NCBI GenBank assembly: GCA_964637115.1
Contig: CAZWVL010000003.1
Span: 64,001 to 128,000 of the forward strand
From: an uncultured Methanosarcinales archaeon
GTDB taxonomy: Archaea > Nanobdellota > Nanobdellia > Woesearchaeales > ARS49
Direction of reading: 5' to 3'
DNA length: 64,000 nucleotides
Shown: in pieces, positions 1 to 8,770 of the stretch
Layout: every line of letters begins with the position of its first letter
How positions within the stretch are numbered: position 1 is the first letter of the stretch
The notes under the pieces: model-generated
What the model saw: only the letters and a program-made list of their open reading frames with translations
Database searches by the model: none
Told to the model about the DNA's origin: nothing
Made by a program: the position numbers and the translations under genes

Positions 1-524
1 CACCCTCTCTTTATGGCTTCAATACTGGTTCCTAAACTGCTTCTCATGCACCTGCTATATTCTCCATCACAGCCCTGCTCGCAAGTCTCCTGAGGCTTGC
101 AGAACTTTTCAATGCAGTTTTGAGCTTGGTTGCCATACATCTCTCGGCAAGAACTCTCACAATCTTCCTTGCAACGATCATGCATACAACGGATAAATAT
201 TTCAATTCCTTGTGCAGTAAGGCGTTTACACATCGTCGGGCAATCTTCCTTTGGCAGCAATCGTTTCGTTATCACATCAGGCTGAGGATGACATTTGTCG
301 GTGCACATTTTATCGCATTCCTCGCGCGAGCCTTCTTTATTTTCCAGACATTGACCTGTGCATACTGCAATACACTGCCCCCAGGTTGTTCCATAAACCT
401 CATCGGCAGAAGTAACTGCAACGCGTATTGTATTGGGATCAATAGTAACAACATCATAAGACTGAGCAAAAACAGAAACAGCAAAAACTAGCGTAACGAT
501 TGATAATAGAATGACTTTCTTCAT
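1..524 (-). CDS. Secreted Cys-rich protein with Cx3C(x3C) repeats, 3' end runs off the window (not in ORF track)
   Basis: Hand translation from ATG at 524: MKKVILLSIVTLVFAVSVFAQSYDVV...QCIAVCTGQCLE...ECDKMCTDKCH...; open to base 1; 17 Cys in 174 aa; SD-like GAGGGGTG upstream and TTTATAAA at 567-574. Confidence 0.8.
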   Translation of the reverse strand, partial: MKKVILLSIVTLVFAVSVFAQSYDVVTIDPNTIRVAVTSADEVYGTTWGQCIAVCTGQCLENKEGSREECDKMCTDKCHPQPDVITKRLLPKEDCPTMCKRLTAQGIEIFIRCMHDRCKEDCESSCREMYGNQAQNCIEKFCKPQETCEQGCDGEYSRCMRSSLGTSIEAIKRG

Positions 525-566
525 TATGACCACCCCTCTTAGTTCGTTTCAAAAAGTAGAACGCAC

Positions 567-574
567 TTTATAAA
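567..574 (-). promoter_or_regulatory. TATA box for the Cys-rich secreted protein gene
   Basis: TTTATAAA about 45 nt upstream of the ATG at 524; matches the archaeal TATA consensus. Confidence 0.55.
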
Positions 575-580
575 GATTAC

Positions 581-1579
581 TCACTCTTTCCTAGGAATAG
601 TCTGTTTCGGATACGTGCCTGGATTCATAAAAACCTTGTCAATCTTCACGCATAAGCCCTTATTTTCAGTCATCACCTGTTCAGTTGTCATAACTGCAGT
701 GCCCAATGCGACCAATTCATCTTTCAAACTCATCACAGCAACAATGTTATCCTTATCAATACTTGATTCGATCTTTACAACTCCAGGAACATTCAAGCTT
801 GCGCCATGGCAAACAGTGTCACATGCAGAATCCTGAATCCAAATTTTTGGCAGATGCTGAACTGCAAACTCAACAGGCCTGATGCAATGCCTTAAAAATT
901 TTTCATTACCCTCTTCTTTCCAAAATGCATAAGCATCTTCCAAATCCTGCAATGAAACCCAATCTTTCTCAGTAAAAGGACCTGCTTTTGTTCGAATAAG
1001 CTCTGCCATATGCGCGCCAACCTTCAACCTCTTTCCAACATCGTGGCACAGTTTCCTCACGTAAGTGCCAGCCTGCGAACCCATTCTAAAGAGCACATCC
1101 TGCTCGTCAATTTCTAAAATATCAAGATAATACACTTCACGTTCCCTTTCCTTTCTGACAACAGCAGATTTTACTGGAGGCATTTGCATTATTTTCCCAG
1201 TGAATTCTTTCAAAGCCTTTTCTAATTCTTCCTGCGGAACAGGCTTGTGCAAATGCATAATGCAAACATATTCTTTTCCAGCAGTAAGTAATGCCTGAAC
1301 GATTCTTGTCGCGCGAGTGGTTGCAACGGGAAGAACACCAGTAACGGCAGGATCCAAGCTTCCACCGTGGCCGGCTTTTTCAATGTGCAAAATTTTCTGC
1401 ACGTAATCAGAAGCCATATGAGAAGTCGGACCTTTTGGCTTGTTAAGATCAATTACGCCGTACTCAAGCAAATCCTGAATTTTTCTTTCGTCAGGAATAC
1501 AACCGTATCTCGCATCAGTCTCTGCTGCTCTCTTGACAAGAACTTCGCGCTTTATTTTTTCAAACGGTAACAAGCCCAT
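581..1579 (-). CDS. cbf5: H/ACA RNA-guided pseudouridine synthase Cbf5 (TruB family) with PUA domain
   Basis: LNKPKGPTSH, GHGGSLDPAVTG (catalytic Asp), GTYVRKLCHDVG, ELIRTKAGPF and C-terminal PUA (VCHGASLNVPGV). Confidence 0.95.
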   Translation of the reverse strand: MGLLPFEKIKREVLVKRAAETDARYGCIPDERKIQDLLEYGVIDLNKPKGPTSHMASDYVQKILHIEKAGHGGSLDPAVTGVLPVATTRATRIVQALLTAGKEYVCIMHLHKPVPQEELEKALKEFTGKIMQMPPVKSAVVRKEREREVYYLDILEIDEQDVLFRMGSQAGTYVRKLCHDVGKRLKVGAHMAELIRTKAGPFTEKDWVSLQDLEDAYAFWKEEGNEKFLRHCIRPVEFAVQHLPKIWIQDSACDTVCHGASLNVPGVVKIESSIDKDNIVAVMSLKDELVALGTAVMTTEQVMTENKGLCVKIDKVFMNPGTYPKQTIPRKE

Positions 1580-1610
1580 ATTCTTGAGAATTAATCAACG
1601 AGTTAAAAAC

Positions 1611-2057
1611 TTATGCTGGTTTGGTTTCAACTTTCTTTTCTGGCGTTTTCTTGACCGCAGGTGCCTTTGGAACTTCTGCTTTCGGCTCTGCTGGTTTAAC
1701 TTCTACTGGTGTTGCTGGTTTTGCTTCTGTCTTGCCGGTTACTTTCTCTGCAAGCTTCTTAACCATGCTTTTCTTCTCTTCCTTGACTTCCTGCACCATT
1801 GGTGAGCCAAAGAGTTGTGCCTTAACAACACCTTTGTCATCCTTGACAACATTAACCTTGACTCTTGAAGGAGGATTTCTCATTCCATGCTTCCACACTT
1901 CCAAATTTAATTCGGGCATCAGTCTGACGTCTTCGCTCTTCATATGTCTAACCAAGAATTCCTTGATAGTATTAATTGCCTTTTTCGCACGCCTATATCT
2001 CGGCGCTTTCAACCAGCCCCTTCTGAGCGGAATTATATAAGTTCTTTCAAGTGCCAT
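1611..2057 (-). CDS. rpl31e: 50S ribosomal protein L31e with Lys/Pro/Ala/Glu-rich C-terminal tail
   Basis: ERTYIIPLRR...RAKKAINTIKEFLVRHMK...LNLEVWKHGMRNPPSRVKV; follows L39e as in other archaea. Confidence 0.95.
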   Translation of the reverse strand: MALERTYIIPLRRGWLKAPRYRRAKKAINTIKEFLVRHMKSEDVRLMPELNLEVWKHGMRNPPSRVKVNVVKDDKGVVKAQLFGSPMVQEVKEEKKSMVKKLAEKVTGKTEAKPATPVEVKPAEPKAEVPKAPAVKKTPEKKVETKPA

Positions 2058-2058
2058 T

Positions 2059-2232
2059 TTAGACCTTCAACTTTGTCCTGCGCCAGCTTCGCTTGATAGC
2101 AGTATGTCTGCCTGGGTGAACTCTGCGACCTTTGCCGTAAGTTTTTGGCACGGTCCAGAACGGCGCCCATCTTGTCTGGCGCATACGCTTGACCAAACGT
2201 TTCTTTCTTGCAGGATGCTTGTGAGATGGCAT
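2059..2232 (-). CDS. rpl39e: 50S ribosomal protein L39e (57 aa, not in ORF track)
   Basis: Hand translation MPSHKHPARKKRLVKRMRQTRWAPFWTVPKTYGKGRRVHPGRHTAIKRSWRRTKLKV; the RSWRRTKL end and S19e-L39e-L31e order are diagnostic. Confidence 0.92.
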   Translation of the reverse strand: MPSHKHPARKKRLVKRMRQTRWAPFWTVPKTYGKGRRVHPGRHTAIKRSWRRTKLKV

Positions 2233-2233
2233 T

Positions 2234-2800
2234 TTATTGTGCAGCTACTGGAGCTTCCTCCTTTTTCTTTCTTGGAGCGCGAGGCTTCTTGACTTTTTCA
2301 ACAGGAACTTCTGTTTTTACTTCAGATGCTGTTTCCTTTGGAGCTTCTTTAGGCCTTGTCGGCAGGACAATTCCCTGCTCTTTCATAATCGCTGAAGCAG
2401 TATTTTCCAGTATTGCGTGGCCTTTCGGTGTTACGACACGGCCCTTGTGAACTCCTTTTGCTGTTTGCTTTGCAAGACCGGCTTTTTCCAACTGCTGCAA
2501 AATTTTTCTAATATTATTTCCACTTCCAGGATAGAAATGTTCAGGCGCCATTCCCTCATTCTTCCTGCCGCCATACAGCGTCTGAAGTTTGTGAGTTCCG
2601 ATAGGGCCCAGCATGAAAATTTTTCTCAAAATAGAAGCAGCACGCACGTGCCACCAATCACTTTGAACAGGAGCACGTTCTCTTGACATACCAGTCTTTA
2701 CAAACGGCGCCCAAGTTGCCGGCTTAATGTTGGCGTCCTTTTTCAGTTCCTCAGCAACGCGCTTGATAAGCAGCGTTGCATCAACGTCATGTGTTGCCAT
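2234..2800 (-). CDS. rps19e: 30S ribosomal protein S19e with C-terminal tail
   Basis: PATWAPFVKTGMSRERAPVQSDWWHVRAASILRK...LYGGRKNEGMAPEHFYPGSGNNIRKILQQLE; start placed at ATG 2800 (MATHDV) rather than 2824. Confidence 0.95.
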   Translation of the reverse strand: MATHDVDATLLIKRVAEELKKDANIKPATWAPFVKTGMSRERAPVQSDWWHVRAASILRKIFMLGPIGTHKLQTLYGGRKNEGMAPEHFYPGSGNNIRKILQQLEKAGLAKQTAKGVHKGRVVTPKGHAILENTASAIMKEQGIVLPTRPKEAPKETASEVKTEVPVEKVKKPRAPRKKKEEAPVAAQ

Positions 2801-2874
2801 ATTTGTTTGACCTCGCGGTCGCATTTGGATGTTCTATTGAAGCATCCAGAATATCTATTGGGCGAGAGGGGTGG

Positions 2875-2882
2875 TTTATAAA
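2875..2882. promoter_or_regulatory. TATA box in the divergent rps19e / 2969 intergenic region
   Basis: Palindromic TTTATAAA about 75 nt upstream of rps19e. Confidence 0.5.
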
Positions 2883-2968
2883 GTTTTCTAATAATATTCA
2901 GATGAGGCTTTGAATAGACTGATAGAGAAGGTGAAGGTTTTTATTTAGGTGATAGTTTAGCACTTGAT

Positions 2969-3316
2969 ATGGATACGCCTCAAAATATTGATGCTTTACT
3001 AAGTAGAATGCCCTCAACGGACTGGCGTTTAACGGAATGGCGTGGCGTTGACATTCTAGGCACATCAGATTCTGAAAATAACTATTATGCGTATTCACGG
3101 AAAGCAGCAATCTTTGTAGAACCGAAAGACGGCAAATCAGCCCCTTATTGTGATGGTTGTAAAATTCCTGTTAAGTTCAAAACTCAGAAACTTATCGGTA
3201 ATGACACAGATCCGCCTTGGGAAGACCAAAGAGAAGTTCCATACTGTTCTAAATGTCAACCCGAACCCAGCAGCTTATCAGTTGATGTTGGCGGTGGTTT
3301 CAGTATTTTTGATTGA
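2969..3316 (+). CDS. Hypothetical protein with two CxxC motifs (putative Zn ribbon)
   Basis: YCDGCKIP and YCSKCQPEP; fills the gap between rps19e and the Nudix gene. Confidence 0.6.
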   Translation: MDTPQNIDALLSRMPSTDWRLTEWRGVDILGTSDSENNYYAYSRKAAIFVEPKDGKSAPYCDGCKIPVKFKTQKLIGNDTDPPWEDQREVPYCSKCQPEPSSLSVDVGGGFSIFD

Positions 3317-3337
3317 AACCTCTACCTTTTCGGACGG

Positions 3338-3829
3338 TTACGGATACAATTTCTCAATCACGTGCGCCAATTCTGGATGCACCAGCTGATTTTTCTTCAC
3401 CATGTCTCTGACGTCTGCGACAGAAAACCATCTGCCGCCAGCGACTTCATCCTCATTAAATTTGAAAGGGCCCTCAGAAATGCCCCTGAAAACCTGCAAG
3501 AATTTGCGCATCTTGTAATGGTCGTACGGACTTTCGTGAATTTTCGTCAGAGGAATATTAATGCCCAGTTCCTCTTTCATCTCTCTTTTCGCAGCCTGCT
3601 CGTATGTCTCGCCTTTCTGCACGTGGCCGCCAGCAGAAGTAACCCAATGGCCAGGGCAGAATTCCTTTTTCGCACTTCTTTGTTGCAAAAATATTTCACC
3701 CTTGTCGTTGAAAATCATAACATGTACAATCCGATGATTCAAGCGCTTAGAATAAATTTCATCAATAGGTGCAGCGCCAACAACCTCGTTTTCTTCATCA
3801 ACAATATCCAAAAATTCCTGCATCACCAT
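3338..3829 (-). CDS. Nudix hydrolase (YfcD/Idi-like subgroup)
   Basis: Nudix box GHVQKGETYEQAAKREMKEELGI; N-terminal LDIVDEENEVVG and HRIVHVMIFN...QQRS. Confidence 0.9.
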   Translation of the reverse strand: MVMQEFLDIVDEENEVVGAAPIDEIYSKRLNHRIVHVMIFNDKGEIFLQQRSAKKEFCPGHWVTSAGGHVQKGETYEQAAKREMKEELGINIPLTKIHESPYDHYKMRKFLQVFRGISEGPFKFNEDEVAGGRWFSVADVRDMVKKNQLVHPELAHVIEKLYP

Positions 3830-3856
3830 TTTTCTATTCTTCAGAATGCGGAAATG

Positions 3857-4537
3857 CTATTTATGCTTTTCCATTGCGCGCTTCTTCAACTCTTTCGGCA
3901 TCAGCTCAATAGCATATCTTAGAGCCGTGCGCGGCATTTCTTTTTTGTGCTTCATCACAAAATCAAAAATTTCTTTTTGGTGCTTTTTACCAGCTTCGCG
4001 CAACGCCCAGCCGTACGCTTTCTGGATTAAGTCTTCCTTGTCGGGAAGAAGCTGTTCAGACACTTCAAAAATATCCTTGACATACAAGCCTCGCCTGCAC
4101 GGGTAGACGAACGAAACAGCAGAAGCTCTTCGCGTCCAAAGATTTTTTGACTTAGCCCAGCTCTTGATTTCAGGCAACAAAGAAGCATCTTTCTCCAACA
4201 ATGGACAGAGAACATTAAGACAAATGTCATCAACCTGCGCCCAGTTTGAAGCATACTTGTCCAGCCAGCGCTTCATCAAAGAAACGGTGGCAATCTTTCC
4301 CTGCTTTGACCACATAACTGCAACGACACTTTCCTCGTGCAATCCGGACTGCCACAATTCTTCACACAATTCTTCCAAATCACGGGCGTCCAGATTTTCC
4401 GGAAAGAAATCCTTCGCGATCTTTCTCAAAACCGGATAACGCACGCCATAAGCCTTGATAGGCTCCTTGAAAAACATGTTATAGTTGTAAGTTTTGTCAG
4501 CTTTTGACTTTAGTTCCGCACGAAGAGCATTCAGCAT
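3857..4537 (-). CDS. DNA alkylation repair protein (AlkD-like HEAT-repeat family)
   Basis: YGVRYPVLRKIAK, NWAQVDDIC, WTRRASAV, DLIQKAYGWALREAGK, MPRTALRYAIE; start trimmed to ATG 4537 to avoid overlap with thrS. Confidence 0.85.
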   Translation of the reverse strand: MLNALRAELKSKADKTYNYNMFFKEPIKAYGVRYPVLRKIAKDFFPENLDARDLEELCEELWQSGLHEESVVAVMWSKQGKIATVSLMKRWLDKYASNWAQVDDICLNVLCPLLEKDASLLPEIKSWAKSKNLWTRRASAVSFVYPCRRGLYVKDIFEVSEQLLPDKEDLIQKAYGWALREAGKKHQKEIFDFVMKHKKEMPRTALRYAIELMPKELKKRAMEKHK

Positions 4538-4589
4538 ACTGTTCGCATTTACAACAACATTTTTAAACATATTGCTATCACAAAAAAGT

Positions 4590-6488
4590 ATGCTCAAATT
4601 AACACTTCCAGACGGAAAAGTACTGCAGCTGCCAGACAAAAGCACAGGAATGCAGGCAGCAGAAGGCATAGGAAAGAAATTAGCAAAAGACGCACTGGCA
4701 ATCGAAGTAGACGGCGAAGTCAGAGACTTGATGAGGCAGATAGAAAAAGATGCAAAAATCAAAATTTTGACGTTTGCAGACCAAAAAGGAAAGGACACAT
4801 TAAGGCACAGCACGGCGCATGTCTTTGCTCACGCCGTCAAGCACTTGTATCCAAACGCCAAGCCAACCATTGGACCGCCAGTCGAAGAAGGATTCTATTA
4901 TGATTTTGATGATTTGAAAATCACTCCTGACGATTTTGCAAAAATAGAAGCAAAAATGCAGGAAATCGTAAATTTGAATTATCCTTTCGAGTGGCACGAA
5001 TGGACATTGGCAGACGTCAAGAAATTTGAAGGCGACAATCCATACAAAACAGAACTCGCTGAAGAATTCAAGAAAAAAGGATGGAAACTAACTGCTTACA
5101 AAGACGGTGATTTCATAGACTTGTGCGAAGGACCGCACGTGCCAAGCACCGGTTATGTTAAAGCGTTCAAATTAACAAAAATAGCGGCGGCATACTGGAG
5201 AGGAGATTCAAAGAATAAGCAACTTATTAGGATTTATGGCATATCCTTCCCGTCAACAAAAGAACTCCACGACTACGAGAAATTAATGGAAGAAACAGAA
5301 AAAAGAGACCACAGAAAAATCGGAGCACAACTGGAATTATTCATGACGCACGAATGGAGCCCGGGCTCAGTATTCCTGTTCCCAAAAGGGCAGATAATTT
5401 TCAATGAGCTCGTGAACTTCTTACACAGTGAATACTGGAAAAGAGGATATCAGGAAGTGCAAAGCCCGCAAATGTATAATAAAGCATTATGGGAAGCATC
5501 AGGACACTGGGCGCATTACAAGGAAAACATGTTTGTAATGGAAGTCGACGATGAAGAATTCTCGCTAAAGCCAATGAACTGCCCAGGACACGTATTAATG
5601 TTCAAGGCAAAAACGCGAAGCTACCGCGACCTTCCAGTAAGGTTTGCAGAATTCACCGCACTCCACAGAAACGAAGTCAGAGGAACACTTGGCGGAATGA
5701 CAAGAGTCAGAAGACTGCACCAGGATGATGCGCACATATTCTGCATGCCAGAACAAATACCTGAAGAAATCAGCGGCATTATCGATTTTTTCAAAACAGT
5801 TTATGAAAAAGTTTTCAAGATGAATTACATTGCAAAACTATCAACAAGGCCTGAAAAATTCATGGGCTCACCAGAAATCTGGGACAATGCGGAAAAAACC
5901 CTTGAAACACAGCTCAAAAACCATAAAATACAATACACAATAGACGCAGGAGGCGGAGCATTTTACGGCCCAAAAATAGATTTTTTTGTCAAAGATGCGC
6001 TCGGCAGGGAATGGCAGATTTGCACAGTACAGCTAGACTTCCAAATGCCGGCACGAATGGGAGCAGAATATGAGGGAGCAGACAACACGAAGCACACGTG
6101 CGTAATGATACACAGGGCAATCTTAGGAAGTCTGGAAAGATTCATCGGTGTAATGACTGAACATTATGCAGGAAAGTTCCCGCTCTGGCTCTCACCAGAA
6201 CAGGTTAGAGTATTATCAATCGCAGACAGGTTCAATGCAGACGCACAAAAACTAGTTGACGAAATGAAAAAACACAATATCAGAGCAACACTTGACGCTT
6301 CAGCAGAAACAATAAACAAAAAAGTCAGAAACGCGCAAATCGACCAAGTCAACTATATATTAGTCTTCGGCGAAAAAGAACAATCAGGAGCACTGCAGAT
6401 AAGAACAAGAGACAACAAAGTATTCGGGCCAGTAAAGAAAGAAGCGTTCATTGCAGACTTACTCAAAGAAATAGCAGAGAAGAAGTAA
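4590..6488 (+). CDS. thrS: Threonine--tRNA ligase, bacterial-type architecture (TGS + N2 editing + catalytic + anticodon-binding)
   Basis: MLKLTLPDG TGS start, RHSTAHVFAHA and DLCEGPH editing motifs, RDHRKIG, KPMNCPGH, HRNE, GAFYGPKID, HRAILGSLERF; start set at ATG 4590. Confidence 0.97.
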   Translation: MLKLTLPDGKVLQLPDKSTGMQAAEGIGKKLAKDALAIEVDGEVRDLMRQIEKDAKIKILTFADQKGKDTLRHSTAHVFAHAVKHLYPNAKPTIGPPVEEGFYYDFDDLKITPDDFAKIEAKMQEIVNLNYPFEWHEWTLADVKKFEGDNPYKTELAEEFKKKGWKLTAYKDGDFIDLCEGPHVPSTGYVKAFKLTKIAAAYWRGDSKNKQLIRIYGISFPSTKELHDYEKLMEETEKRDHRKIGAQLELFMTHEWSPGSVFLFPKGQIIFNELVNFLHSEYWKRGYQEVQSPQMYNKALWEASGHWAHYKENMFVMEVDDEEFSLKPMNCPGHVLMFKAKTRSYRDLPVRFAEFTALHRNEVRGTLGGMTRVRRLHQDDAHIFCMPEQIPEEISGIIDFFKTVYEKVFKMNYIAKLSTRPEKFMGSPEIWDNAEKTLETQLKNHKIQYTIDAGGGAFYGPKIDFFVKDALGREWQICTVQLDFQMPARMGAEYEGADNTKHTCVMIHRAILGSLERFIGVMTEHYAGKFPLWLSPEQVRVLSIADRFNADAQKLVDEMKKHNIRATLDASAETINKKVRNAQIDQVNYILVFGEKEQSGALQIRTRDNKVFGPVKKEAFIADLLKEIAEKK

Positions 6489-6552
6489 TACGGCAAGTCA
6501 TACACAACATTTAAATACATTGTAAGTGTGAATTAACCCAAAAGAGTGTAAA

Positions 6553-6957
6553 ATGAAAAGAGGACAACACGCTATCGGACTCGTATTATTAGGCATAGTG
6601 GCTATCATAGCAATCATAGGACTTGTTCTGCTCATCTCACGGCCAAGCAGCGCATACGTTCCACGGCCGGCATCACCACTCATCATCAGCACGCAAACAT
6701 TAAACTGGTACACACTTGTCGGCTTTACGCACAACTCAGGCAATCTGGGATGGTGCATGCAGCAAAGCGTGTCAAACGGCGGCTTCAAAGAAGCACTAAA
6801 CGGCGAAACACCAAACTGCTTGACTGTTTCTTCACAAATAGTTCCTGAAGATGTTTATCCGCTCTTTACGCAAGCAAGCCAAGGACAAGGATTTGCAACA
6901 GCATGCTTTACGTCATTCAACCAAGCACAACCACGCGTGTGCACAGGAGGTATTTAA
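6553..6957 (+). CDS. Small pilin-like protein with class III (prepilin-type) signal peptide
   Basis: MKRGQ followed by a hydrophobic stretch (HAIGLVLLGIVAIIAIIGLVLLIS); 4 Cys in the mature part. Confidence 0.7.
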   Translation: MKRGQHAIGLVLLGIVAIIAIIGLVLLISRPSSAYVPRPASPLIISTQTLNWYTLVGFTHNSGNLGWCMQQSVSNGGFKEALNGETPNCLTVSSQIVPEDVYPLFTQASQGQGFATACFTSFNQAQPRVCTGGI

Positions 6958-6958
6958 G

Positions 6959-7717
6959 ATGAAAAAAGGTCAAACCGGCATAGCATTAGTAATTCTAGGT
7001 GTCATCGCAATAATTGCGGTTATCGGATTGGTATTACTATTCACGCGCGCAAGCAAAACACAAGGCGCATTATTAACAGATTTGTCAATCGGTAACATTT
7101 ACGGCGGCGGCGCACCAAACCAAGGCGAAATGGGAATCTCCCCATTATATGGAACCGCTGAATATGAAAGATTTGGCGGCGGTGGCTATTCAGTCAGGCA
7201 GCCACTCAGAGAAATTCCTGGTTATATTTCATACCCAACAGCCATTGTTAACACCAAAGGAAGCAGAACACCTGCATACATAATCAGCGGCAAATTCGAA
7301 GGAGGAGCGCGCAGTGGCTTTGCAACTATTGCAGACGCATATGGTTGTGAATGGAGCTTAATCTCCGGTGCGAAAATGGGAGTTCCTCACGATGCATTCA
7401 ACTGCTATCAAGTTCCAAACAAGGGAGCAACAGCAGGCGGAGAAGTCAAAGGATTCTTCCCGCCAGACAGTTCAGCAGAAGCACGACCTGGAAAATCTGA
7501 CCTTGGCAACCAGGGCGGAGACGTATACTGCTACGCAAACAGCTATGGTGCAGAACAGCAAAAGCCGGACAGCGAGGACTTAGTCAGAGAGAACGTTCTC
7601 AATGCGGTCAGGAACAGCGTCCCCACCGAAAGATACGAGTGGACAACCACGTATGTAAACGGCTTGGAAGTCCCGGTCTGCTGGATCAGCGCGAAGACAT
7701 TCCCCTTCCCGCAATAA
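6959..7717 (+). CDS. Pilin-like protein with class III signal peptide
   Basis: MKKGQTGIALVILGVIAIIAVIGLVLLFT; ATG 6959 preceded by GGAGG; shares DAFxCYxVP...GGDVYCY with the next gene. Confidence 0.75.
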   Translation: MKKGQTGIALVILGVIAIIAVIGLVLLFTRASKTQGALLTDLSIGNIYGGGAPNQGEMGISPLYGTAEYERFGGGGYSVRQPLREIPGYISYPTAIVNTKGSRTPAYIISGKFEGGARSGFATIADAYGCEWSLISGAKMGVPHDAFNCYQVPNKGATAGGEVKGFFPPDSSAEARPGKSDLGNQGGDVYCYANSYGAEQQKPDSEDLVRENVLNAVRNSVPTERYEWTTTYVNGLEVPVCWISAKTFPFPQ

Positions 7718-7738
7718 TTTTTTATTTTTCATTTTTTT

Positions 7739-8344
7739 ATGACTACTAGCAATAAATTACTCCTGCTCGGTGCAATCGCAATAATTGCGATCGTAACCCT
7801 GGTTCTATTATTCACAAGCCAACTGTCAGGAATAACACAATTAGGAATTGGAGATTCTTACGGACCAGAGCCCGGAATTGTGCCATTAACAAAACTTCCT
7901 CCGCGCGTACCATTTGGCCCAACACCGGAATTTCCAGCAGGGCCAAGCGAAACTATTGGCACGAGCACACCATTCATGATATTCTTCAGAGGAGAATACG
8001 GCACAATTGCAGAAATGAGCAAATGCTGGAACGACTTATCTTTTTTCATGGCAGCACCACAAGACGCATTCAGCTGTTATTCTGTACCAACAAGCGGACC
8101 TGCATATGAAGTCACTGGATGGTTCTGGCCCACCAGCTCGGCAATGCCAAAACCATTATACCAAATAGGTGGAGACGTCTACTGCTACGAACAATTCCCA
8201 TATGAAAGATACAAATTATTTGACAAACTGAAAATTTATCTAGAACCAAAAGGCTGGCTAGTCGGACAAGTAAACGGAGAAGATGTCTTGCTCTGCCAAA
8301 AAGGAGCATACTTCATATATCCGCAAGGACTGCGAACATACTGA
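7739..8344 (+). CDS. Membrane-anchored paralog of 6959..7717
   Basis: N-terminal LLLLGAIAIIAIVTLVLLFT; DAFSCYSVPT...EVTGWFWPTSSA...GGDVYCY aligns by eye with DAFNCYQVPN...EVKGFFPPDSSA...GGDVYCY. Confidence 0.75.
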   Translation: MTTSNKLLLLGAIAIIAIVTLVLLFTSQLSGITQLGIGDSYGPEPGIVPLTKLPPRVPFGPTPEFPAGPSETIGTSTPFMIFFRGEYGTIAEMSKCWNDLSFFMAAPQDAFSCYSVPTSGPAYEVTGWFWPTSSAMPKPLYQIGGDVYCYEQFPYERYKLFDKLKIYLEPKGWLVGQVNGEDVLLCQKGAYFIYPQGLRTY

Positions 8345-8374
8345 TTTTTAAGTTTCACATATTTTCTTAAACCA

Positions 8375-8722
8375 ATGGAATACAAGCAAGTCATTCTGGT
8401 GCGAGACGACTTAAAATTAACGAAAGGAAAAATGTCAGCCCAATGCAGTCATGCTTCAGTCGCAGCAGTCCTGAAATCGCACAAAGACGACATCAAAAAA
8501 TGGCAGGAACAAGGAATGAAAAAAATAATTTTACGCGTGAAAGACATTCAGGAACTGCACGAATACAAACGAAAAGCAGAAGATGCAGGACTGGTTGTGG
8601 CTTTGATTACGGATGCGGGGCATACTCACTTAGAGCCGGGCACTGTTACGTGTTTAGGCATCGGTCCAGATAAAGTTGAGAAAATAGACAAAGTAACCGG
8701 CAAACTTTCTCTCATATCGTAG
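8375..8722 (+). CDS. pth2: Peptidyl-tRNA hydrolase Pth2 (archaeal/eukaryotic type)
   Basis: YKQVILVRDDLKLTKGKMSAQCSHAS, KKIILRV, DAGHTHLEPGTVTCLGIGPD. Confidence 0.95.
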   Translation: MEYKQVILVRDDLKLTKGKMSAQCSHASVAAVLKSHKDDIKKWQEQGMKKIILRVKDIQELHEYKRKAEDAGLVVALITDAGHTHLEPGTVTCLGIGPDKVEKIDKVTGKLSLIS

Positions 8723-8739
8723 TTACAGCAACCGTAATG

Positions 8740-8747
8740 TTTATAAA
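8740..8747 (+). promoter_or_regulatory. TATA box for rps6e
   Basis: TTTATAAA 24 nt upstream of ATG 8771. Confidence 0.6.
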
Positions 8748-8770
8748 CCCCCTTCTGAAAATTCACGACT

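Noticed and set aside
290-310. CTDKCH as a Cx3CH heme-binding motif in the first ORF
   Set aside because: A single occurrence within a regular Cx3C repeat pattern; no cytochrome maturation genes seen; a disulfide role is more parsimonious.
3338-3829. Nudix protein as IPP isomerase (Idi type 1)
   Set aside because: It has the general layout but WVTSAGGH lacks the catalytic Cys expected in Idi; left as a generic Nudix hydrolase.
3857-4813. ORF-track starts giving a long overlap between the AlkD-like gene and thrS (4494-4813)
   Set aside because: Homology-like sequence begins at ATG 4537 (minus) and ATG 4590 (plus), leaving a normal 52-bp divergent promoter gap.
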